Below, in pieces: positions 54,901 to 64,000 of a stretch of DNA of 64,000 nt. The notes beneath the pieces were generated by a model. The model was given only the letters and a program-made list of their open reading frames with translations, ran no database searches and was not told the DNA's origin. Each line of letters begins with the position of its first letter. Position 1 is the first letter of the stretch. The stretch covers positions 1-64,000 of the forward strand of contig NMRA01000087.1 of assembly GCA_002633005.1 (NCBI GenBank). Direction: 5' to 3'. Source of the DNA: Phoronis australis. Lineage: Eukaryota; Animalia; Phoronida. Position numbers and translations under genes: made by a program.

Positions 54901-57900
54901 CTCACGTATCTGAGTTACCAATTCCTCTGAGTCGGCCATCTTGGATGTTTTGTCACATGACCTGACTTTTATACTGATTTAGCAATACCTGTCCAATGAA
55001 CCTTTGTAAAATGATCACACAAAAGAATGTATTGGCCTTGGCTTTGCAAAGTACATTTTAATCTTTTGTGTAAAACCAAGTATTTGTGATGAGACTGGCA
55101 CTATTTGCTTGGGAGTATTAACAATTAGCTCTTTGTACTTTGACCTATGAGCTAAATACAGAAAGATAACTCATTGTTCTGATGCTTGGGATTTCCCAGC
55201 TTGTAATCTATTTTTAGCACAACATGACCTGTGTACTTACCAGATAAATGACTCTCCCCAGACACCCAAGTAGTCTATCAGGGCTTGAAGCTTGAGGATA
55301 GCAGGCAAACATGAGAATTATTAATTAATCCCTACCCCAGATCTTGTTCTAGACTCAGTTCTGGCAGTTGCCACCTTTTTTAAATTAAGGATTTCTGATA
55401 GTTGATTTCGTGATACTTTTGTGTAAGGTCAGCTGTCAGTGATCACTGTGTGCACATATTACACATTGGGCTGGTGGTGTTTAACTAACTGAAAATTGGC
55501 CAAATAAGTCGAATTTTGGTATTTATTTGATAATACAGCCAAATACAGTAGTAAGGTGATTTTTGCTATTTACCCAACAATGTATTCTCTACTCTTATCT
55601 ACTCTTATCGGCCAATATTTGTAACGTTGCACCCCTTTGAACATAATCTGATTTGTACTATTCACAGGACGTACTTTTCCAAGTTGCTTTTGGACAAGAT
55701 ATTGTCGCAGTTTTGTAGGCCAAATAAGTGAATGTTTGGTATTGACATGACAAAGACTCGAGTCTATTGTGTGGTCACAACCTTGCTGGCCTAATATCCA
55801 GTTTTGCAGCTATCCACCAGGCAACTCAACATTCTCATTGGTCAGTTTAACGTCTCAACCTTATGGGCAGAACAAACTAGTATTTGCTATTCAAGCGACC
55901 AGTTGACCCAAAAACAAAACAATTTTTACCACTATTTACCTTTGTTTGCAGGTACAGTCTGCCAAATGATGTTTGATTTTTTTCTATCGACGTACGATAT
56001 GTCTGGGCGGAAGTAATTCCCTGGACTTGCCATCGACCTTAATTTCAGCAACAATCCTCTAAACCCTAGTCTCAGACCAACAGACATCACTGCCGCGGAG
56101 CAAATCCCCAGACCCAGGCAAATATACTACACACACGTGCGGGAACCAGATTAATTCCTCACCTTGATATGATCTAGGCAGTGATTCTAATTCCTTTCAG
56201 TCTTGTTTTGTCTCATCTTTACTCCAATCACATATTTGTCATTTCATTCAAACTTGTTTTCTACATAAGAGTTTGAATTTATAATTTAAATTCTTTTCTT
56301 CAAATCGTCACTTTAAATTCCACTTTGAAAATTAAGTCACTTCAACTGTAAGACAATTAGTTATTTGTAAGATAAGTACACAACCTAACATTAGGTGGCT
56401 GTTCCCATGGTAGTACCAAATTAAATCAAATTTCTTTTAAACAGAACCACTAATCAAAATTGACATTGATGGCACTTCAAATACACCCCTTAATTGTAAA
56501 AACAGGTCGTCAGCTATGATTGTTGAAAAATTTGTCAGGTAGAGTAGCAGGAATCAGTTTATTGTTCTAACGAGTTTGTGTTGTCACATACTCAGTGTAG
56601 TGTTTATTTATTATATTGTTGATACACTGTTCATTGATGCTAACAAGATATGATGTATAATAACAGGCTGTAGCCAGCTCAGACTGGGCTAATACCTCAC
56701 TTCAGAATGTGACGTAATAACAATCAATGAATCTAAAATGAATATTTGTACTGTACATCTACACTTGTGTGCTGACCATTGAGTTGGTCGTAAAGTTTAA
56801 GTAAAAACATGTGCAGCGTTCTTTAGTAAGTTACATCGGTAAAATTTGATAAAGCAGCTTGTTTTCCAAAGGATGTGCTCAGTTTAGCAGTGTATATTAA
56901 ATATTTCTTTTTTTTTGTTAAATGTGCCACATAAATATTTTAAAGTTCCCTGCCATAGTCACTGCCTGAGACTGTTGGAAGACTTTGAAAAATGAAATAA
57001 GACCAGTTTTGACAATCAGTTTTGTGAGATTTCCCATTTTCTATAACAAGAAATTCTCCCTAGAGGTGGTCTGGACCTCCTCTCGGCCTTTTTTATTCCT
57101 GCAATGGAGTGCCCCTCGTCTGTCTGTAGTCTGCTTCCTCTAGTAATGATGCTGAATCTGTGCATGAAAAAGACTGACAGGAACACTGGGTTGTATCTAG
57201 GTGAAGAATGTGCTGGTCCCCTGCCTAACCTCCAGATGGTGCTGTGGCTGTGTTATCACATAGGTGTATTGTGACTTTGGTAATGATAATTTGCGAGTTT
57301 GTGTTTATGATACTCTTCTCCTGACAGTGTCGGTTTTCTTGCATCACTTCAGGTACTGGGTCTGGTGTGGGCACCTTTGTATTGGACCTGTTACGGGAGG
57401 AGTATCCAGAGATCTATAGGTAGGTGAGGTCTTGGTGTTGATTACCATTCTGATATTGCCAAAACGAACCACTTTGTTTGTAAGGACAATTTATATTCAC
57501 TGTGCCTTGTGATGATTCGAGCGCAATAAACAAGAGCTTGGAAATTTTGATGAAATTTATGTTTCTTGTTCCTGAAAAATTTTACAGCTTCTTTGTAAAA
57601 TACTAGTTTTAAACCTAAGCTGCATTCCATGGACGCAAAAGACAAGAAAAGTTAGTTTGATCATGTGTTTCAGTTGTAATGCATAACAATATCTTGCTAA
57701 GACTTGTGTGATCTTACATTTTTGCAAGTTCCTCGCACCTGAGGAACGCAACCCTTACTTTAGCTACATCAAATATGCCATAATGTCTAACGTCCCTCTA
57801 TTCATAACTACCTTTTTGTTACTACTGTAGTTACCTCGTATCTCGTATGTGATGGTGTTACGACATGACAGGTTCTAGATCATCAATCTTTCTTTCAGAT

Positions 57901-60900
57901 TTGTGACAGCTGTGTACCCATCAGCGGAAGATGATGTTATCACGTCCCCCTACAACAGTGTGCTGGCAATGAGGCAACTTACGGAGAATGCCGACTGTGT
58001 CATACCTGTTGAAAATCAGGTAAGCATGGCTGTTTCAAGTCTTCCAGGGTGAACAATGATTTACCAAAAATTGTGCAGTGGAAGGAGAACAATTATGGAA
58101 GTATTATGACTAATCCAATTTGCGATCCTTTTTTATCATTAATGTTGAAAGTCTTTCATTGAGACTTTTTTTTTTTTTTAAATATATTCTCTTTAATCAT
58201 CAGGCAGCAGATATTTCATAAATTTGTGTTGAACTGGACTTAGAAACCAAGCAACGACTGAGAAACAGTCCGCGAATATCATTGCAACCTTCGTTTTTGC
58301 ATGAAACTTATCCATCAAGGTCCCATTTCATCACAGGGTGTAATAGGAAGCTAAAGACTGTTATCATTTGCTTTGCTAGCTTCCTGTTATACATCTGGCC
58401 AAAAACTGTTGTTGTCACGTCGTCAGATCTTGGCTAAGAGAGGCATAGACATGCTGTAGTAAATGTCTCGCTATGTGTTTTGAAAAAGCAAAACACTGCA
58501 ACTGACGTTGAGTTGATAATGTTTCATTTTGAGGCTTAACAAACTGTTTGCAAATTAATGTCCAAGTTGTGACCATCTTAGCTGCGACCAGACTTACAAA
58601 TTGCAACAAAACGGGCCCCAGGTTGCTTAGTAAGACATTTTGGACGGCTCTTGTGATAAATTATTATAAAGTATTTGTGAGACAGAACAAAACAGACTTT
58701 TTACATGATTTGCCGAGTTCGGACAACATTCCAATTCTGGGTCTGTTGTATCAACAAGTATGCAGAATGATGCTGTGAAGTCTTTGTCGAATGTCCTTTG
58801 AGTGACTGCAACCTTCTCGGTATTCATGCTTTTGGACCACCTTGATAAATCAATTTATAAACTCGATTGAGGTGATAATTTTACAACTAATGAATGCTTT
58901 TTGTTAGGCACTCGTGGACATTGTGGGTAAGATCAACCAAGCCCTGCCCCCTATCAGGAGTGGTAAGAAAATGGTTGGCGTCACCAGCGGAGGCGTACGA
59001 GGCACAAGTTCTCTCTCCACAGGAGATGGAGGTGTGGTGGCAGATGAGAAACCATTTGACAGCATGAACAATATTGTCGCCAATCTGCTGTTGAATTTAA
59101 CAAGGTGCTGGCTTGTTACTGTCACATGTATCTTGTTGATATTTAGTGTTATCTTTAGTCACTATTATGTGGAAAATTATAACTATTTTCATGAATTGTT
59201 GGTTTCTTAAAAAGATGTAGTTTAAATTTTTTTTTATTTTGTAGTGACCTGTTTCTCGAAAAGTCTATAACCAAAAGTTGATTTTTTGCTTTGACTCAGG
59301 CTTTTAGACTGTTCCCAAGCAGGCTACGGATTTCTGTCTATTGTCTTTGATAGTTTTTCTGACTTTTAACCTTAGCCAAATTTCACGAAACATGCTAAGC
59401 CATCCATAGACTGATTTATTGCCAAAAGACTAGAATCTTCAAGAAACAGCCCCCTGACAGGCTATAAGTATCACTTATTGTACAATACGTCCTTCTTTAG
59501 AGCAACCATAATTTTGAGCTTTTTCCATTTTCTGGCTGTGATTTTGTATAGAATGCTTTTAAAAACAGCTAGATAAATTAAACAATTTGGCTTGTCTTTT
59601 GTGGTTTGTTAGCTAGAAATGCATTTGTAACTGGTGGAGAAAACCGTGAGCAATTGAATATAGGACTACATGTAGACATTTAGCTAGTCGAGTGTCTTTT
59701 TATTTCTTCCAGCTCTTCAAGGTTTGAGGGATCCCTAAATGTTGACTTGAATGAGATCAGCATGAACCTTGTGCCATTCCCTCAACTTCATTACCTCGTA
59801 TCCAGCCAGACACCATTATACACCCTAGCAGACGTTAATGTACCCTCTAGACGGTACGTATATATCGCATTCTTGTTTTGTGTTCTATGGATGTTTTCAT
59901 GATTTACGAATGGGATAAATTGCACATACTTAGGGTGTATAAATCATTCTCACGACACATATCGTCATAATCAAGCTATTCTTTAAAGTGTGTTAGTTTG
60001 TTTGCTTCTCGTTGTTTTGTGCTTTCATTTATTTTGACACCATTCTCTTTTGTTAAATCCTCATTAAGAGCTAGCCTCGCTATTGTCGTATGTATCATGA
60101 CAGTTGCCTTCTGCTCTTATGATGGACTCTTTAGGTCACTTTTTACTGACATGAAGTGATCCTGTTACAACTGATAGCCTTTTGACCATGGGTTTTCTTG
60201 CTAGTGCCTAGTATCCTTTGCTTTCATGGTATGAGAAGGTTGTGGACATATTTTGTGTGGTCCAGTACCGTAAAATCTCACCAATTTCGCACAAAAGCAA
60301 TATTATTGACAAATTTAGTTGTTTTTCGCTGTTGTGATTACTGTTTCTCAAGACATTGTATAATGGCAGCTATCGTGTATAACTCGAGACTGATAAAGCC
60401 TGTATTTTGTGCTATTTGTTTTAAATAAAAACATCGTGTCTGTCGTATCATCTCCACAATTGGTGAGATTTTCTGGTAAGCTTGTTTATAATTTGCATTC
60501 CACGCACTGAGTAAGAATGAAGTGCCTTCTAACCTTCAAAAAATAGTTTCTTTCTCTTCCAGATTGGACCAGATGTTCTCAGATGCGTTCTCACGTGACC
60601 ACCAACTGATCAAGGCAGACCCCAAACACAGTATGTACCTGGCTTGTGCGCTCATGGTGCGGGGGAACGTGGAGGTGTCGGACATTAGAAGGAATATTGA
60701 GAGGTATACTCAGTCGTAATGACAGGGACAGTGATGATGATGATGATAGTGAATGTCCTTGATTCTTCAGCAGCAGTTTTTGACATCAAGTGCAGTTGGT
60801 TAAGGAGACTGCGTTTTGTTGACTTAAGCAAGTTGCTGATTCTAGCAATTTATGTTTGTGTGACGTTCTTTCAGCATCTGAGCGTCAATATTGACAGGGA

Positions 60901-61918
60901 AGGTGTGGTTTTATCTGATGTTTTAGCAAATATCTTCAGGTTTTCATTTTGTGTTCATGACCTTTTATATCAATGTATTTATTCAGGCATTTTTGATATA
61001 AACGTAATACTTCTCTCTTCCTTAAGTTGCTTACCTGTTGTTATGTTTCAGATTGAAGCCAAATCTTAAGTTCATTCATTGGAACCGCGAAGGTTGGAAG
61101 ACGGGCCTGTGTTCAGTGCCCCCTGTTGGCCACTCTTATTCACTGCTCACTCTGGCCAACAACACATGCATTCGACACACATTCAGTGATCTCAAGGATA
61201 GATTCGTTAAGCTGTACAAACGAAAGGTGAAGACTTGCTAACATACGTTAAATCAACTTGTATCATCTGTGTACGCACTAAGGGTGTGTTTGTTGCTCGT
61301 TGTATCTGCTTGTTTCGAACAAATGCTACAAAAGCCAGCAGCCACTAGTCGAGTGTTTCTGACACTTTCTTTTAAGGACTTTTAGCTGAGAACTCCACTG
61401 CGAAAACGGAACATTGTTTGAAAAGAGCAAATGTATTTTCGACAAGTAAGTTATCAGGCTAAAAGGCCTGAAAGAAAGGACAAACACGCTTCTAAAATTA
61501 ACAGAATAAGGGATTACATTTTAAAATTTTTTTGTGAGGAAATTTTTGTTTGTGGAAATTAGAGCAATATCTGTAAAAAAAACGCGATTTTTAGAAAAAA
61601 TGGTGTCACATGATTACAACCGTCTGAGATTCTGTGATTATCACGCATATTAGTTTTATAGGCTGCTGATATTCTTTATATTTTTCCAAGAAATTTTATT
61701 CTTGGTTAGGAAGGTTGTTACATTTCGGGCTACTTCATTCTACTCTGTGTTTCTTACATCAGGCCCACCTCCATCACTACACTCACATAGAGGGTATGGA
61801 GCAACAGGAATTTGCTGACAGTCTTGAGTCCATCACCACGGTGATCAAGGAATATGAACAGTTGGAACATCAGATGGACTGTCCTCCAGGGGCAGTGCCC
61901 AGACTCAGGGTATTATGA
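45907..61918 (+). CDS. TUBE1: Tubulin epsilon chain, 12 exons, 484 aa
   Basis: Exons: 45907-45931, 47387-47460, 48544-48663, 50184-50299, 51611-51732, 57353-57419, 57899-58019, 58908-59104, 59713-59853, 60563-60703, 61052-61226, 61763-61918. Total 1455 nt. Motifs: MTQSIVVQVGQCGNQIG, RAVLIDMEEGV, SGAGNNWAVG, HSMGGGTGSG, DDVITSPYNS, RFEGSLNVDLNEI, EGWKTGLCSVPP, KAHLHHY. Confidence 0.96.
46474..47270. mobile_element. DNA transposon remnant in TUBE1 intron 1
   Basis: Perfect 16-bp inverted ends ACCTAATTATCGGACG / CGTCCGATAATTAGGT, plus subterminal CCTAAATATTGGACA / TGTCCGATATTTAGG. Confidence 0.6.
48050..48334. mobile_element. MITE with CAGTGGCGGATCTAG-type TIRs
   Basis: CAGTGGCGGATCTAGG ... 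CCTAGATCCGCCTATG flanked by a direct ACCGC duplication. GC-rich island that produces three spurious ORFs. Confidence 0.8.
49170..49685. mobile_element. MITE with CAGGGCTTGGAAT TIRs and 6-bp TATTAT flanking duplication
   Basis: TATTAT|CAGGGCTTGGAAT ... ATTCCAAGCCCTG|TATTAT, with internal TTCCGC/GCGGAA subterminal repeats. Confidence 0.8.
50740..51441. mobile_element. ~700 bp fold-back (near-complete palindrome) element in TUBE1 intron 4
   Basis: ATGAGACTAGG ... CCTAGTCTCAT. Arms pair almost to the centre (~51070-51130), e.g. ACGTCAGAGTACACAGCGGGAAGAT / ATCTTCCCGCTGTGTACTCTGACGT. Confidence 0.85.
53569..54939 (-). CDS. RING-finger/NHL-repeat E3 ubiquitin ligase (TRIM2/TRIM3-like, no B-box or coiled coil), single coding exon, nested antisense in TUBE1 intron 5
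   Basis: 456-aa intact ORF. C3HC4 RING (CSIC...PCLHTFCEAC...CPSC), Pro-rich linker, NHL repeats (LLKPVSVA, YPHGIAVN, PYHVAF..IVISDYG, LNHPMGI..IIVADSGNYRVQEF, KPIDVAV). Good Kozak context (CAAGATGG). Minus-strand AATAAA at 53428-53433 and 53393-53398. Confidence 0.9.
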   Translation of the reverse strand: MADSEELVTQIREDYLTCSICFNHFTEPKALPCLHTFCEACLQDYCTRQGENVTQFACPSCRTLVTMPQTGVTGFPGNHMLSSLADVVASQSSRQEATYCGMSGEVISISTQQDGFEMVDVENGEQGVLPPPAYGEAPPSYESVMGSQTQPTHQPPPPKKPSLTRQLSTVISTPQKDGLILRCGHYGESNSELLKPVSVALTKERDIVISDSKTNKIIIFSIQGVPRTAFLCDCNIRGIAMLPSDDIAVCVHSKQSTLYKIYSKNGQQLAAIGDKYANEYPHGIAVNPRNGCVMTVSPSTNSVVVLNSERKLVAKLVQTLSTPYHVAFTRNNEIVISDYGYHCLRVFDQNSKMKNRIGQKGSRLGELNHPMGICVINDRIIVADSGNYRVQEFSREGRKKRILVENTNDNNHDTKPIDVAVTQDGLLAVLVTGTDFAEVRVYKNTMTERSAACKVS

Positions 61919-63102
61919 CCTCATTCGATGTAGTCTTGAGTCCATCACCATCATGGTCAAGGCCGAACTGTTGGAACATCAGATGGACTGTCCTCGAGGG
62001 CAGTCCCCACTTTTAAAACTACAGGTGTTTGTTTACATTCCATGTTGAAGTCGCTGACTCATTTTCCGTTTATAGGCTTACTGTTCCTGAAAATTTGCCT
62101 GAGCTCCAAATACAAGCTCTAAAGTTCACCATCAGATATTCCTGCTAGCTTCAATGGATATAGTCTTGGTGTCGGCAACCATGTTTTTACTTTCTGGTTA
62201 CTGAACTGATTCATTCAAATTTTCTATTTTGTGCTGACATGAATTTTAATATTTTTGCTAATGTGACTAGCTGGTGTTGAGTGCTACTTTCTGAACAACT
62301 GAGTGCAATATGTTGTTTTTCATTGTATAAGACTACTAAATATTAACGATCTTGTATTAAGAAAATTATTGTTGCTTAAAGCAGTTGAAAACGTCCACCT
62401 TCCTCTCAAGAAACTAACTGCCGATTTAGACCACATACCTCTACAAAATTGGTCTCAAATTGCTTGTTACTATGATGAGAAGTGCCTTCTGGGTCTGCAA
62501 AGAACTTTTTGCTCGTTATTCCTCGAGACCTGGTTATTAAGCAATTTAAATGATTATGGCCGAATCACAATCCATTTTCGCAGATCGCCCCTCTTGCACT
62601 GCAGATTACTGATCAACTACAATGTGGACACACTAGTGTGATGTTTACATCGACGGCCAGTACTGCATTTGTCAGTAAGTGCCCTTATTTCACTCTTTAG
62701 ACTCGCAATTATTCTCAAATTAGTATACTCTAGTCATAAATCAATATCAATGATATATTGGGTTTCCAACGTATAACAATCAGTCTCGATTTATGTACGT
62801 TTTAATTTTTGGCCAAATTATTTGCAACAAGAGGGAAAAGGCGCGATCGAAGCACAATAACGGCGTTTCTGAACAAGACAAACATCATCCTCTGTCTAAC
62901 TATAGTACCTCAGGATATTTGCCTAGCAACAAAACGTCATTTTTGCGTTGCACTGATAAAGTGCATGTTTTTTTTTGGAGTTGTATCATCCCAAACTTCT
63001 GTTGTCTTGGACTCCAGAGACGAGGCTGGTTTCAGATATTTTGGTACTTGACACTGACCAGACTTGCGCCAACTGTTCTTGTAATTTAAACGTTGACAGT
63101 CA

Positions 63103-63142
63103 AATAAAAACCATACCAAGTTAACAAAATTACTCTTTTATT
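63103..63142. terminator. Likely TUBE1 poly(A) signal facing the minus-strand signal of a convergent downstream gene
   Basis: AATAAA at 63103-63108 (+) and TTTATT at 63137-63142. Confidence 0.4.
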
Positions 63143-64000
63143 TTAATAATTACATCATTTTGTTCAAAGCCGTACAATATAATACAACAACATTCTGTAC
63201 CAGTAACATTCACAGATCTCTCACACGTCAAAACAGCTCCCTAACAAAAACTAGACAAGACCAATTTTTGGTCAGATTGAAAAAAAAACTTCACAGCTTG
63301 AGTTCCAAGTGTTAAACTGAAAGGCACCATTTGAATGACTAGGTTTAACTTGCTCTCCCATTTTGAGACAAAATTTCTTGCTTTTCCAACAAGAATGGTT
63401 AAGCCATTAATGCAGAACTATTCATTCAGTAGAGTGTCATAGTTAAACACAATGCATGAGACAAGGCCAAAAAAGGCAAAGTTTGTTCTGGTCCTCGCCC
63501 CGAATCATTTCGAGACCTGCACTCGCTGATAAAAAATGTCCAACGTATCAATTTCGGCCAAGGTTTAGCATTTTCTTCTTGAAAAGCTGACAATAAGCAA
63601 TTTGAAATGCCATGATTTGCTGAGCGATTAAAAAACGAATCCCGCATTATTTTTGCTGGTCACCAGTGGATTGTCTTTTGGAAGAGCAACTAAAAACAAC
63701 ACTGCACCACGACTCATTTTCAGAGACCAGAGACAATTATGCTTTTTTGGCCAAACACCGTCATAGCCGTTTCATATGAAAAACACAAGATAAGAAAAGT
63801 GGGCTTCCTCCAATAGAAGACTTTCAAGTAAGAACATGGCAACTGATCATGTGAAAACGGATACTTGTGACCTCTGGAGGACGATGAGGCAACTTCTGAC
63901 TAAAATGCACTCCGTTTAATTACATACACTGTAAAATGGTCTTGTGTAGTCAAAGTGTTCCCTTATGCCCTGCAAAGCATTAGTACCTCTTGCTAAAGCC

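Noticed and set aside
53569-54939. Calling the nested gene NHLRC1 (malin) or TRIM2/3
   Set aside because: The RING is TRIM2/3-like rather than malin-like, but B-box, coiled-coil and filamin domains are absent; orthology cannot be assigned by eye.

Overview
AT-rich eukaryotic (invertebrate metazoan, inferred) genomic DNA with multi-exon GT-AG genes, so most short ORFs in the supplied track are noise or single exons. Exons were joined by hand. The window holds NAPRT (+, 14 coding exons, ~555 aa) and DNAJC27/RBJ (-, 7 exons, 269 aa), which converge at their 3' ends. TUBE1/epsilon-tubulin (+, 12 exons, 484 aa) sits head-to-head with DNAJC27. An intronless RING-NHL E3 ligase gene (-, 456 aa) is nested antisense in TUBE1 intron 5; it has no B-box or coiled coil and carries a LIR-like motif and two PPxY motifs instead. 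A candidate 3-exon, 93-aa single-pass membrane protein gene, absent from the ORF track, lies head-to-head with NAPRT. Introns carry many MITEs and fold-back elements (one nested pair), SINE-like tRNA heads and minisatellites. Four short tandem duplications copy exon boundaries or stop regions. Two duplications flanking N gaps are probably assembly artefacts. No CRISPR array, rRNA or intact tRNA was seen.
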